From positions 1 to 64,000 of the IMG/VR virus record IMGVR_UViG_3300021961_000068: DNA of 64,000 bases; one strand, written 5' to 3'. Below are positions 53,962 through 64,000 of this stretch, piece after piece (positions within the stretch are counted from its first letter, which is position 1; every line of letters begins with the position of its first letter). The notes under the pieces were generated by a model that worked only from the letters and a program-made list of their open reading frames with translations, did no database searches and was not told the origin of the DNA. The position numbers were made by a program, and so were the translations under genes. This DNA comes from a virus.

Positions 53962-54426
53962 GTGCCAAGTAATCTGCGAATCAAAATCAAAGTTGACGCC
54001 CGAGCGGCTATAGCAAGAATGAACGCCATGGAGCGCCGTTCTAAAGATTTTCGTCCTGTTTTTAGGTGGGCTAAAAGAGAACTAGAAAAAGCAAACGCAG
54101 AAAACTTTGCACGAAACGGTTTACCGGTTGGTGGATGGTCTCCTCTTAAACCTCGTTACGCAGCATGGAAAGCAACTAAGTTCCCAGGCGCTCCAATTAT
54201 GGTGGCGTCTGGAAAACTGTTCAGAGAATTGCGATCCTTAAACGGTCCTGCCAACAGCATTAGATTGAGATCAGCAACTTTTGGTACGAATTTAGAGTAT
54301 GCAAAATTCCATCAATATGGAACGAGTAAGATGCCTAAACGACAGATTGTTTACGAACCAAAACAATTTGCTGAGCGTCTTGCAATATTGGCAGCAGATT
54401 ATGTTTCAGATGGAAGAACAAGATAA
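53962..54426 (+). CDS. Virion morphogenesis protein (Mu gpG/P2 gpS-like)
   Basis: WSPLKP...SGKL...FGTNLEYAKFHQYGTSKMPKR. Confidence 0.85.
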   Translation: MPSNLRIKIKVDARAAIARMNAMERRSKDFRPVFRWAKRELEKANAENFARNGLPVGGWSPLKPRYAAWKATKFPGAPIMVASGKLFRELRSLNGPANSIRLRSATFGTNLEYAKFHQYGTSKMPKRQIVYEPKQFAERLAILAADYVSDGRTR

Positions 54427-55038
54427 ATGAGCACACCAGTAACAGACTTGATGCACGGGGCACAGTGGGCTAAGTACTATGTCAACACATATTTGAACAG
54501 CGATTTGCCTAACAGAATCAACCGTTATCGCTCAGGTTGGAATCTTGACTCAAATGAGTTGCCAACACCTGAGTTCTTTTTGACCTATGAACCCATCGCT
54601 TTAGATCACTGGCCGACAATTATTACGGTATGTTTATCAAGTTCTCCTTTTGAGCGCATGATGCAAGGCATTCAAGGTGATCCCCTTTATAGGGTCACCT
54701 ATAATATGCGCACCTATATTTGGACAAAAACTGAGGGTTCGGAAGCCGTCACATTAATGCGAGATAGGTTGACAACGGTTGTTCGCTCGGCATTGATGGA
54801 TAAACCTTGTTTGACACGGTATGACAGCACTTTTGATGCCGATGTGATGGTTGACGAATCTTCTATTACTGAGGAGTTTTCTGATTTAACTCTGATAAAA
54901 GGTGACCGAGTATTAGCAGGTGCTTATTTAGGCTACAATTTAATATTGAACGAAGTCATTTATAGAGATCAAATTGCGGCTATAACTGGTTACGAGATAC
55001 AAAATTACAACATGCGCAATACGGGAGCAACTTACTAA
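54427..55038 (+). CDS. Probable tail terminator/neck protein
   Basis: Position between the morphogenesis gene and the sheath. Confidence 0.55.
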   Translation: MSTPVTDLMHGAQWAKYYVNTYLNSDLPNRINRYRSGWNLDSNELPTPEFFLTYEPIALDHWPTIITVCLSSSPFERMMQGIQGDPLYRVTYNMRTYIWTKTEGSEAVTLMRDRLTTVVRSALMDKPCLTRYDSTFDADVMVDESSITEEFSDLTLIKGDRVLAGAYLGYNLILNEVIYRDQIAAITGYEIQNYNMRNTGATY

Positions 55039-55403
55039 TGGAACCAAGTTACGGTAAAACAGGCTCAAAAGGCACTATGCGTGTCTGGAATAAGACCAAT
55101 GGGTATCTTGATGTGTCTAAAGAAGGACATTTACTTATGGGTCAGACCGCTGCCTGGGTTGAGGAAACCGATGAAATCGTTGCCCTTATTGATGGCGGAT
55201 TGTTAGAAGTTTTAGAAGGTCAGTTAAGCAAGGTATCTTCAGCCTCATCTGACGAAAATTCAAAAAAAAAGAAGTCTTTACCTACAACAGATCAGCCGCC
55301 CCTCAGTTCGGGCACAGAAAATCTAGTTGTTGCGGTTGAGAATAAAAAAGATGAAAAAGAAATAGTCCCATCAAATAATGATGTTTCTGTTAAGACAGTT
55401 TAA
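55038..55403 (+). CDS. Hypothetical protein upstream of sheath
   Basis: 121 aa, coupled. Confidence 0.6.
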   Translation: MEPSYGKTGSKGTMRVWNKTNGYLDVSKEGHLLMGQTAAWVEETDEIVALIDGGLLEVLEGQLSKVSSASSDENSKKKKSLPTTDQPPLSSGTENLVVAVENKKDEKEIVPSNNDVSVKTV

Positions 55404-55456
55404 GTAATGTATACTCGTTTTACGGAAATTTCTTCAACTCAAATGGAGGGTGCTAG

Positions 55457-56923
55457 ATGCCCGGCGTAACAATCTCAACAGCAGTTCGTACAGGCGCAAC
55501 AAATACTGGCACTGCACCAGCAGCAACATTTTTTCTTTTAGGTACAGCGGAGCGTGGAAAAGGCTCTGTAGCCGTACCCGTTACTTCGCTTTCAGACTTT
55601 GAAACAAAATTTGGTGAGCATGTAACTGGCTCTTACTCGTGGTATTCCATGAAAACATTCTTCGAAGAAGGTGGCGTAAGCGCTTACTTCGTTAAAGTTA
55701 ATGCCGCCGCTGGCGTTGCGGCAACAAATGCATTCACAACCGCAACTGGTGCAGGACCTGGTGTAACTTTTACGGCAGTAAGTAAAGGCGCTTGGGGTAA
55801 CACGGCAACATTCGTGGTAGCCAATAACACAACCACTTTTGACGTGACTATCGCCTATAGCGGAACAACCATTTTTTCTGGCACGGGCTACACCTCGCTT
55901 ACCGAATTGGTCACTGCAGCGAATGCAGATACGACACTGGCGAACTATTACACCTGCGCTCTGACATCTGGTGCAGATGCTTCACACCTTTTGGCGACAT
56001 CTGCTTCTTCTTCGGCAGTTAACGGAGCGGACGGAACTGTAGCGAAAACAGATTTCATTTCCGCAATTTCTTTGTTCACCGAAGAACTTGGCGCAGGCGC
56101 TGTAGCGGCACCTGGTATCGCTACAGGTTCTTCAGATGCAACTTTGTATGATGCTCTTCGCACACACGCAGCCGCAAACAATCGTATTGCGTTGGCAGGT
56201 TTTGCTTCAACAAACACTTTGGCGCAGGCTCGTTCCGCTTCAACTGGATACACGGGAACAACTTCACACGAATACATGGCTTTCTACCATCCATGGGTCA
56301 CAATCCCACAGGGTTCAGCAACAGTTGAACTACCACCAGAAGCGTATGTAGCCGCTGTCCGTGCTCGTACACACAACTCAACAGGTCCGTGGAAGGCTTA
56401 TGCAGGTGTTGCGTCAGAGGCAAGGTTTGTCACAGGCATCACGCTTGCGGTTAGCCGTGCGGATGCTGATTTGATGGACGCATCATATGTGAACCCTTTG
56501 CGTTTGGTTAACGGACGAGTTCGCATCTACGGCGCTCGTTCACATTCATCAGTTGTTGCTCAATGGCGTTTCATCACCGCACGCGAGACGATCAACTACA
56601 TCGTCACACAAGCGAACAACCGTCTTGAGGATCTCGTGTTCTCAACGATTGACGGTCGTTCAACACTGTTTGCAAACATTATTAACGCCATTCAATCAGT
56701 TGTGGAACCAATCCGCATTGAAGGTGGTTTCTACGAAGGGTTTGATTCCCTTGGCAAGCGAATTGATTACGGTTACACAATTAAGTGTGACGCTTCATTG
56801 AACCCTGTCGCTGACCTTGAAACAGGAACAGTTAAGGCAAGAATCGGTGTCCGTGTTTCAAGCGTCGGAGACAAAATTGAAGTTGATCTAATCAAGTCAA
56901 ATCTAACAACTGCTTTGGCATAA
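55457..56923 (+). CDS. Contractile tail sheath protein
   Basis: MPGVTI; FETKFG; FFEEGG; GAWGN; YHPWV; VNPLR...IYGARS; WRFI. Confidence 0.92.
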   Translation: MPGVTISTAVRTGATNTGTAPAATFFLLGTAERGKGSVAVPVTSLSDFETKFGEHVTGSYSWYSMKTFFEEGGVSAYFVKVNAAAGVAATNAFTTATGAGPGVTFTAVSKGAWGNTATFVVANNTTTFDVTIAYSGTTIFSGTGYTSLTELVTAANADTTLANYYTCALTSGADASHLLATSASSSAVNGADGTVAKTDFISAISLFTEELGAGAVAAPGIATGSSDATLYDALRTHAAANNRIALAGFASTNTLAQARSASTGYTGTTSHEYMAFYHPWVTIPQGSATVELPPEAYVAAVRARTHNSTGPWKAYAGVASEARFVTGITLAVSRADADLMDASYVNPLRLVNGRVRIYGARSHSSVVAQWRFITARETINYIVTQANNRLEDLVFSTIDGRSTLFANIINAIQSVVEPIRIEGGFYEGFDSLGKRIDYGYTIKCDASLNPVADLETGTVKARIGVRVSSVGDKIEVDLIKSNLTTALA

Positions 56924-56934
56924 CGGAGGAATAA

Positions 56935-57411
56935 ATGGCTCGTCCAACACTGTTCAAAAATCTTGCTACACAACGCCAAATTGTTGGCAGGATCACGCCT
57001 TCAGAGGGCACAACAGGTCTTCCAACATTCCCTGACTATTTCACTCAGGTCGCTGGTGGAGAAATCACCGCTTCAGTAGAAAAGGTTTACCACGGTGGAG
57101 ACTTGTTCTCTGAGACGCTTTGCGCGCCATCAGAAATTGGTGACATCACTTTGACTGGTTATGTGTCAACAGATACTGCATTTCTTGGAAAAATTCAACA
57201 GTTGCGTCAAGTGGTCGGTCGTGTTCGTTACGACATAGATGTTCATCTTTTTGACTGCGACATTGCTGTTCCTGGTGCCGACCGTCAGTACACAAAGGCT
57301 TTGCTTGTCGGTTTAACTGAGCCAGACGGTGATGCAACCTCGGGAACGCCAGCAACTTTTACGCTGACTTTTAGTGTCGCCACTGTTTCTGTAGGTAACG
57401 CACCTTTCTGA
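56935..57411 (+). CDS. Tail tube protein
   Basis: 158 aa directly after the sheath; FTQVAGG...GDITLT. Confidence 0.8.
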   Translation: MARPTLFKNLATQRQIVGRITPSEGTTGLPTFPDYFTQVAGGEITASVEKVYHGGDLFSETLCAPSEIGDITLTGYVSTDTAFLGKIQQLRQVVGRVRYDIDVHLFDCDIAVPGADRQYTKALLVGLTEPDGDATSGTPATFTLTFSVATVSVGNAPF

Positions 57412-57469
57412 TAGACCTCAAAGTTTGAGGGTTACATTTTGATGGTTTGAGTCATGCTAGTGTTCGGTT

Positions 57470-58000
57470 ATGACCAACATTACATTCAGTTCAGACGACA
57501 ATAAGACATCAAAGACATCTAAGAGTTCACAGGAAGTCACAGACACTGACAATGTTCTTGACCAACTAAAAAAGGTAATCAAAGACAAAGTCCGTCGTGA
57601 CGATGTTTATATTCCAATTCCTGAGCGACCAGGCGTCATGATTCGTGTTTCCCCAAACATCACACAACAACAATTGAAGTCTTGGCGTAGGAACGCTGGC
57701 GAAGAACGCAAGGGAGGTATGGACACCTTGAAGTTCTCAACCAACTTGATTGCCGCAACAACAACAGGCATTCTGCTTAATGATGTTGTCGCAACCGATT
57801 CCAACGGTGTTGAGGTCACTTTTGCTTCACCAGAAATCATGCAGATGACAGACACGACACGACCACATCCTGATTGTGTTTTGGCTTTCTTCGGGTTGGA
57901 ACCTCATGTTGAGTCCGCAGCGGTTGCAATTATTGAGGCTGCTGGTTACGGAGATGCGGTTGATGCGTTGGACCCTATGAAGAGGTCTTCCGAGATTTAA
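57470..58000 (+). CDS. Tail assembly chaperone (gpG-like)
   Basis: Between tube and tape measure; ends ...ALDPMKRSSEI. Confidence 0.75.
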   Translation: MTNITFSSDDNKTSKTSKSSQEVTDTDNVLDQLKKVIKDKVRRDDVYIPIPERPGVMIRVSPNITQQQLKSWRRNAGEERKGGMDTLKFSTNLIAATTTGILLNDVVATDSNGVEVTFASPEIMQMTDTTRPHPDCVLAFFGLEPHVESAAVAIIEAAGYGDAVDALDPMKRSSEI

Positions 58001-58173
58001 CGGACGATTTCCGCGTAATTTTAGCGGCAAGGCTTGGAGACCTCTTCAAAACAGATCCGATAAAACTCCTTGATAGCAGTGAAGAAGAATGGATCATACG
58101 CCTTGCGTGTGCTAAAGTAATACAGACGGATAGAGAAAAACAGGAAGCAGAATTACGGAAACAAAACCGTTAA
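57964..58173 (+). CDS. -1 frame extension of the chaperone (gpGT-like)
   Basis: Start-less open -1 frame YEEVFRDLTDDFRVILAARLGDLFKTDPIKLL...RKQNR, bounded by TGA 57961 and TAA 58173. Confidence 0.7.
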   Translation, partial: CVGPYEEVFRDLTDDFRVILAARLGDLFKTDPIKLLDSSEEEWIIRLACAKVIQTDREKQEAELRKQNR

Positions 58174-58220
58174 TCTGCTGGAGCGCTCATATTCATAACC
58201 TTTAACACGGAGATGAATCC

Positions 58221-61200
58221 ATGCCAGCAGAGCGCGTAGTAATTGACATTGAGGTCAATTCTGATATTGCAACGATTGTTGCTACTCGTCGTGCGCTTGA
58301 AGATTTAACCAATGCTCAAAGACGGTACAACCGTGAGAAAGACCGAGAACCCAGAGGCGGTGGCGGTGATGACTCAAGCGGAGGCAGAGGCGGAGGCGGC
58401 GGCGGTGGTGGTGGTCGTAGACGCCCTAGGGGAGGCGGGGGTCGTCGTGGAAACGGACGTTACGACGGTTTGGCTGGTCAAGTTTTTGATTTCCGTGGCG
58501 ACGCCGGGAAAATGATTCAGGCGTATGGCTCGCTTCTCAGGATAGTTAACAAACTTGCCATGATTTCCCTTCCATTAATGATGGGTTTGCTTGGCTCAAT
58601 CAGCCTCTTGTTCAAAATGGGTACATATTTTGTAAATATGTATAGAGCAGCAATGTCATCTATGGCTAGTGCCGTCGGTCTTGCGTATGTTGCTTTAACA
58701 ACGTTGTTGGCTGCCCAAAGAGAATTTTCTGCGGTACAAAACTCTCCTGCCTACATAAAGGGCACAATGAATACCAACAGCAGGTTTACCGCTGCTAGTC
58801 AAGCAATTTCTATGTTTGTCGGTAATTCACAACTTGCTGTTGTCAGTGCAAAATCTTTGCAATCTTCGTTCACAACTTTAAGTAAGGTTTCTCCTGTAAC
58901 TGGCAAGACTACTGAGGCATTCACATCTTTGATGGATGTTGTTGCTGGTAGCGGTGGGGATTTAGATAAGGGGTCAGAAAAACTTGCAACGTTTCTGTCG
59001 GAAGTTCAAAAGAAAGGCACTCTTGCTGCTGGTGCAGAAGCCGCCAAGGATTTGGGTCCTGACTTTGAAAAGATTGTTAAAGAAGCAAGCGCATTGGGTA
59101 TCAAGACTAGTGATGAGTTCCTTAAAGCAGCCGCTGAAGGAAAACTTGGTGAAACGTTTGCCACAAAATATGCTGGCACATTGGACGCATTAAACAATAC
59201 GGTGATGGGTCGTTTCAAGACCGCTATTAGTGTTATCAAAGAGCAGTTAACAAGTCTCGGCGGCGAATATTTAGACGAAGCAGGTGGAGCGATTAGTCGC
59301 CTTCAAGGAATCATTTCCACAACTATTACTCGTCTCAGTTTTGTGCTTCAAGATTTTGATGCCACAGGTAAAATGGGAAGTTTCATGGATATGGTGCAAG
59401 ATGCTTCAGACAAACTGATTCACCTGATGACCAAATATCTTAATACTACACCAACTATTTTTGAATTTTTTGCAGACAGTTTTACAAAAATTGGTGATGG
59501 TTTTGATGCGATGCAGGATTGGATGCGTCAGTTTCAAAAAGCGGGCGAATTGATCAATAAATATTTTTTTGATCCGTTGTTTAACGCTATGGGTGAGAGT
59601 TTTACGGCAAGCATGCGAGACCTCGCGGACGTGATTGAGGGCAACGCTCCACTGATTGAAAGTTTTGCGACACAAATAGGTAATACTCTTGTGGCGATAG
59701 GAAAATATGGTGATGTTGTCAGAAGGTTGTTTCTTTCGGCTATCCCTTTCTTTAATATGGTTTTGAAACTTGTTGAACTGTTTTTTAAGGGTTTAGATAA
59801 ATTTGGTGAAGCAGCGATTAAGATAGGGGATATTTTTGCCAAGTTAGGACCTTTAGGAAAAGTTGCTGGTCAGTTAGTTAAAGTCGCTGCTCTTTACTCA
59901 TTGTTCACTCTTGCTACAAGATTTTTTAAAGTTTTTGGGACAATGTTTGGCAGAAAAATACCTGCTATGAATATTCAGGCTGGAATCGTTAATGTCAATG
60001 GGGGAATGGGATTAAGTCCTGGTCAGATGGCTGGTAGGGGCTACATGTCGGGGAGCCAGAGGGCTATGTCCTTTGGCAGAAGTACTCTTTCTAGAATCCC
60101 TGGTGGCGGAAGATTGGCAAGTGCTGGAGGAAGAGTAGCGAGCGCTGGTAGTCGTATCGCATCTGGCGGGATGGCTCCACTTGCTATCGCTGGTGGCGCG
60201 TATATGGCTGGAAGCGCAATATCTGGCAAGTTTAACGATGACTCTGTTACATCTCGGGGAATGTCCGCTGGTGCGAGCGCTCTCGCTGGTGCTGCAATTG
60301 GTGCAACTATTGGCTCGTTCGTTCCTATTATCGGAACTGGCATCGGAGCAGCAATAGGCGCGGCTGTAGGTGGTCTTACAGGATATCTCAAAGCAGGTAA
60401 ACAGAGAAAAGAAACACGCAAAGCCGCAGAAGCCCTTTTGACCAATTTTTCGGAAAGTATTAATGATGCTATTGCTGGCGGAAATATTGATGATCTTCTT
60501 AAAGCACGGGAAGATTTGATTGAAAGCAAAGCAAAACTGATCAGCGAGAACGACGACCCAGCGTATGCTGCTCAGGCTTTAGCAAAATATAATGCAGAGT
60601 TTACAATGTTGAATAGGACTATAGATAACTATACGAACAATGCTGGTCTTGCTGAAAAATATTTTGATACTGGTGCTGAGGCTTTAAACAAACTTGCGAA
60701 AGATGCTGGTATTAATCTTACAGATAAAATGATGAATTTCCGAGAAGTTCTTTCTCTTGTTGGCAAGACCGCTGAAGACCAAGCCAGATTGATGAAAGTT
60801 GCGTGGGCGAATATTGGCGCACAGGCTACTAGTGATGTGATGAGTTATTTTGATAAGAAAGCACAGGAAAAAGATCAAGCATTGGCTATAAATGCAGCCG
60901 AAGCCAGAATTCTTGGCGGCGATACTAGTGTCGAAGCGCAAGATGATTTACTCAAGAAAGCATTAGATTTCAATATTGCAAAATTTGGTGATGTTGGGGG
61001 CATAATAAATACTTTGGCAGGTTTTCAAGCCGACTTTGGTGAGGGTGGGAGACTCTCTGGTTTGGATCCAGAGGTAATTGCGAACATGCAACAAACATTG
61101 AATGATGCTGGTGTTTCCGGTACAGCAATTTTGAAGACCTTTGACTTTCAAGACCTCGCCGACAGGACTGGTGGAATCGCCAACATGGGTGGGCTACTAA

Positions 61201-61583
61201 ATCCAGAGGGGTTAGTTGACCCTCAAAAACTTGAAAAAATGCTTTACGAACAAGTGGAGAAGAATCCTCTTTTCTTGCAACAATTTATAAATGCTGCGTC
61301 TAACCCTGACACAGTTATTGCTGGTGCAAGAATGAATAACTTATTGAAAGATACAGGCTATGGAGGTACTGGAACTGGTAAAGTTCGTGTTCCTGCTGAC
61401 AGTATGGTTCCTCCTGCTCAAGGTGCACAAAACTATATAGCGAACACAAACATAACTGCGGCAATGTTGGATGGCAAAACTATTGATCAAATTGAGAGGA
61501 CTATTGCAAAAGCGTTGAAAGAGCAGAGGGAACGCGGTATGGCGCCAGTAACGGGTGGCACAGTAGACCCGAACAGAAACTAG
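58221..61583 (+). CDS. Tape measure protein
   Basis: 1120 aa, helical and Ala/Gly-rich with hydrophobic segments; follows the chaperones. Confidence 0.9.
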   Translation: MPAERVVIDIEVNSDIATIVATRRALEDLTNAQRRYNREKDREPRGGGGDDSSGGRGGGGGGGGGRRRPRGGGGRRGNGRYDGLAGQVFDFRGDAGKMIQAYGSLLRIVNKLAMISLPLMMGLLGSISLLFKMGTYFVNMYRAAMSSMASAVGLAYVALTTLLAAQREFSAVQNSPAYIKGTMNTNSRFTAASQAISMFVGNSQLAVVSAKSLQSSFTTLSKVSPVTGKTTEAFTSLMDVVAGSGGDLDKGSEKLATFLSEVQKKGTLAAGAEAAKDLGPDFEKIVKEASALGIKTSDEFLKAAAEGKLGETFATKYAGTLDALNNTVMGRFKTAISVIKEQLTSLGGEYLDEAGGAISRLQGIISTTITRLSFVLQDFDATGKMGSFMDMVQDASDKLIHLMTKYLNTTPTIFEFFADSFTKIGDGFDAMQDWMRQFQKAGELINKYFFDPLFNAMGESFTASMRDLADVIEGNAPLIESFATQIGNTLVAIGKYGDVVRRLFLSAIPFFNMVLKLVELFFKGLDKFGEAAIKIGDIFAKLGPLGKVAGQLVKVAALYSLFTLATRFFKVFGTMFGRKIPAMNIQAGIVNVNGGMGLSPGQMAGRGYMSGSQRAMSFGRSTLSRIPGGGRLASAGGRVASAGSRIASGGMAPLAIAGGAYMAGSAISGKFNDDSVTSRGMSAGASALAGAAIGATIGSFVPIIGTGIGAAIGAAVGGLTGYLKAGKQRKETRKAAEALLTNFSESINDAIAGGNIDDLLKAREDLIESKAKLISENDDPAYAAQALAKYNAEFTMLNRTIDNYTNNAGLAEKYFDTGAEALNKLAKDAGINLTDKMMNFREVLSLVGKTAEDQARLMKVAWANIGAQATSDVMSYFDKKAQEKDQALAINAAEARILGGDTSVEAQDDLLKKALDFNIAKFGDVGGIINTLAGFQADFGEGGRLSGLDPEVIANMQQTLNDAGVSGTAILKTFDFQDLADRTGGIANMGGLLNPEGLVDPQKLEKMLYEQVEKNPLFLQQFINAASNPDTVIAGARMNNLLKDTGYGGTGTGKVRVPADSMVPPAQGAQNYIANTNITAAMLDGKTIDQIERTIAKALKEQRERGMAPVTGGTVDPNRN

Positions 61584-61590
61584 AGGTGTC

Positions 61591-62436
61591 ATGGCTAGCA
61601 CAGTAACAGTTTGGGTGAGAATGAGAGACTCAGGAGAGGAAGCAGACCGTCTTCAGTCGTCAACACCTGGTGCTTTGCCTCTTATCTTGCGTATGCGTTC
61701 ATCAAATCCCGCCGAGGAGCAAGATTTTGTTTTCCCATATAGCCCGAGGGAAATGAGTATCGGACAATTGGCGGACGAAATGGTTCAGATACCAAGACCT
61801 GGCACTACGCCTATAGTTGCGTTTAAATCACACAGACTCATGACTCTTGATTTCACAGCACTTATTGCTCATCCGGGTGATGGTCTTATTAGGGATGTTG
61901 AAAAAGAGATTTTTAATTTGCGGTCATTTGCTTCAAGTAGTAACAAAGTTTTCCAATTAATTAATTACGACGTTTTCACTCAAGAACCTTATGTTTTTCG
62001 CAACATGAGCGAAGAAAGAGTGAGTGGTTTGTTTTTCTCCATCACAGATATGAGCGTTGAGGTTATGAGAAGAAACAAAGATAATTTGATTACTCAAGCA
62101 AATGTGAGAATAAGTCTGGTTGAGAACAGAAACCCTAGAATTAATGTTGTATTGATCCCGCCTCTTGTTTTGACAAGGCAAAACCCTAATTGCACAAAGC
62201 GTAAATATGCAAAAAAATATCCTGACAGATGTAAAAAACCAAAAGATGAGCCTACTCCTGTGGGTTTCAGTAAATCTCAGAGCGATTCAGCGATTGAGTT
62301 TTTCAACAGAAGACATGGTCCGAATTCGTTTACGCCCAATACTTTAAAGAGTTTTAAACTGTGTTATATCAAAGCCGCTAAAATGGCTCGCTATGTTCCA
62401 ATGAATACAACTCCGTGTCTTGGTAATCCTAAATAG
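61591..62436 (+). CDS. Probable tube initiator/baseplate protein
   Basis: Position after TMP; FPYSP...PRPG..P pattern. Confidence 0.6.
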   Translation: MASTVTVWVRMRDSGEEADRLQSSTPGALPLILRMRSSNPAEEQDFVFPYSPREMSIGQLADEMVQIPRPGTTPIVAFKSHRLMTLDFTALIAHPGDGLIRDVEKEIFNLRSFASSSNKVFQLINYDVFTQEPYVFRNMSEERVSGLFFSITDMSVEVMRRNKDNLITQANVRISLVENRNPRINVVLIPPLVLTRQNPNCTKRKYAKKYPDRCKKPKDEPTPVGFSKSQSDSAIEFFNRRHGPNSFTPNTLKSFKLCYIKAAKMARYVPMNTTPCLGNPK

Positions 62437-62438
62437 TC

Positions 62439-63461
62439 ATGATTAGCGACCAAACAATAGTTTTTGTTGGACACAAGGAAGCAAACGTTAGGGCACAAAT
62501 TGCTCAAAGTATTACAAATATTTCTGTAAGTTACACAGTTGACGGTGCATCTCAGATCACGGTTGAACTTGTTGATGAAAAACTTGAGATGTGGAATAAC
62601 GGTTATTTTGCCATTGGGAATATCGCAAATTTTTTTGACGGAACAATTACTGAAAGATACATGGTTGCTTCTCATGAAATTTCTGCAGGGGAAGGCGAGT
62701 ATTTTAAGATTACCTTAGCGTTAAGAACTGAAGCGATTCAGCGAATGAAATTGGACAAAAAACCTCAAGCGTTTAAATCAACTACCGCATACGATTTTGC
62801 GGAAAAAGTAGCCAAAAAATTTGGTTTACAGTTTTTGGGTCAAAGACCTGTTGGTGTAAAAACCACCACAATCAAAGTCAAAACCGAAAAAAATCAAGAG
62901 TCCGTTTACGATGTTTTGGTTCGTTCAGCAAAAGACCTTCAATATCTTTGTTTTGTTATGTATGCGATTCCTGCTGGCGGAACTGTTCCAGTACCAACCT
63001 TATTTTATGGTTCACCAAAATGGCTTCTTGGTCGTTGGGGTATAGAAAAAACAGAGGAATTTACTTTTGCCAAAATTGGTGGAGGCACAGAAAAACGTTC
63101 TCTTTATTTTATTCCCCTAAAGTACCCAAACGACGACAAGTTAAATTTTTTTCTTACGCAAGTTCCAGAAATGCGCAGGTCTATGGATAGCCCTAAAGAA
63201 TCTGAAGGCTCCGCCAGTCTTTGGGTTGGTGACAGATTCGAGGAAAATGTTGGGAGTGCTTACAACATAAGAGCGGGCATGACGGTAGTCGTATACGGGA
63301 TTAAAGGTTTTGATACGACCGCATATTTGATTACATCAGTTGAATATCAGTATGGGCAACCAGAACCGTTGGCAATCAGTTTTGCTACGATAGACAAAAT
63401 CTCGCCTGACGACAAAGAAAAAATTGATAAAAAAGTAGGCGAAACAACGGTGATTGGGTAA
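62439..63461 (+). CDS. Baseplate hub protein (gp27/gpD-like)
   Basis: ITNISVSYTVDGASQITVEL...ESVYDVL...YLITSVEY. Confidence 0.65.
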   Translation: MISDQTIVFVGHKEANVRAQIAQSITNISVSYTVDGASQITVELVDEKLEMWNNGYFAIGNIANFFDGTITERYMVASHEISAGEGEYFKITLALRTEAIQRMKLDKKPQAFKSTTAYDFAEKVAKKFGLQFLGQRPVGVKTTTIKVKTEKNQESVYDVLVRSAKDLQYLCFVMYAIPAGGTVPVPTLFYGSPKWLLGRWGIEKTEEFTFAKIGGGTEKRSLYFIPLKYPNDDKLNFFLTQVPEMRRSMDSPKESEGSASLWVGDRFEENVGSAYNIRAGMTVVVYGIKGFDTTAYLITSVEYQYGQPEPLAISFATIDKISPDDKEKIDKKVGETTVIG

Positions 63462-63469
63462 AGGGGAAA

Positions 63470-63880
63470 ATGTCTATTTACGGTGATTCTATGGATGGGA
63501 TGGATAGGGCAGATTCCGCTGCGCAAACTAATGCATCTTTTTCGTCTATCCATGTGGGTATTTTGACTGCAAAAAATAATTCTGACAAAACTGGTTTTGT
63601 TAAAGTTCCAGCGTTAAACAATGAGGCTCAACTAGGTCCATACAAGTTCATGGCTCATTTCACTTTTCCCGTAACCACCCCGATTCAGCAAACTTTGACC
63701 ACGACTACAGGTACGGTTGATTCAACCAGTGTGGTTACGGGGGTTTCCCTGTCGGCAACCACGACCAGTATCTCTGGTGTCTACAACACCTCATTGAATT
63801 TGCCTAATGTGGGGACACGCGTTCTTGTTGTATTATTGAATGGTTCCCTTGATGAAGGCGTGATTGTAGGGTCAATATGA
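63470..63880 (+). CDS. Baseplate spike/gpV-like OB-fold protein
   Basis: FVKVPAL...GP...LPNVGTRVLVV. Confidence 0.6.
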   Translation: MSIYGDSMDGMDRADSAAQTNASFSSIHVGILTAKNNSDKTGFVKVPALNNEAQLGPYKFMAHFTFPVTTPIQQTLTTTTGTVDSTSVVTGVSLSATTTSISGVYNTSLNLPNVGTRVLVVLLNGSLDEGVIVGSI

Positions 63881-64000
63881 ACACAATTAGATTACCGATA
63901 CAGTTCAATAAAGACAATTTTGAAATGGAAAAAATACTTGAAAACACTGACGAATATTATGCGAATCTCATAGGTTTGACTGTGCAAATAGTTCCAGGCG
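63877..64000 (+). CDS. Probable gp25-like baseplate wedge protein (partial, right edge)
   Basis: MNTIRLPIQF...VQIVPG; ATGA coupled; position. Confidence 0.45.
   Translation, partial: MNTIRLPIQFNKDNFEMEKILENTDEYYANLIGLTVQIVPG

Noticed and set aside
1-64000. Alternative genetic code or prophage boundaries
   Set aside because: Standard code gives dense full-length genes; no integrase, att site or host housekeeping genes in the window.

Overview
A 64-kb, roughly 40-45% GC (estimated by eye) segment of a large tailed dsDNA phage with a contractile tail and HK97-type head. The host is most likely an actinobacterium (WhiB gene, leaderless sigma70-type promoter, actinophage-type small genes). Left part (1-24 kb): accessory and replication genes, including a metallophosphoesterase, HNH nucleases, three DNA methyltransferases, ParB-like, RuvC, WhiB, primase-helicase, class II ribonucleotide reductase, a tyrosine-phosphatase plus histone-deacetylase-family operon and a thermonuclease. 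Middle (23.5-46.8 kb, minus strand): a greatly expanded head module running portal-MuF, prohead protease, about 15 kb of extra large proteins, major capsid. Right (46.8-64 kb, plus strand): terminase, recombination genes, a PAPS-reductase/ParB pair, then neck, sheath, tube, frameshifted chaperone, tape measure and baseplate. The best candidate for an undescribed system is the block between protease and capsid. Four large proteins there share an RCP-x-G...TD...C motif. Three of them end in different enzyme domains (GNAT acetyltransferase, HipA/PI3-4-like kinase, HExxH metallopeptidase), each followed by a small putative immunity gene. Recurring x-x-K|[AGS] putative maturation-protease sites fall at module boundaries. 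The same genome encodes candidate 'eraser' enzymes (phosphatase, deacetylase) behind a DnaA-box promoter. All family calls are from motif recognition by eye; no database searches were run.
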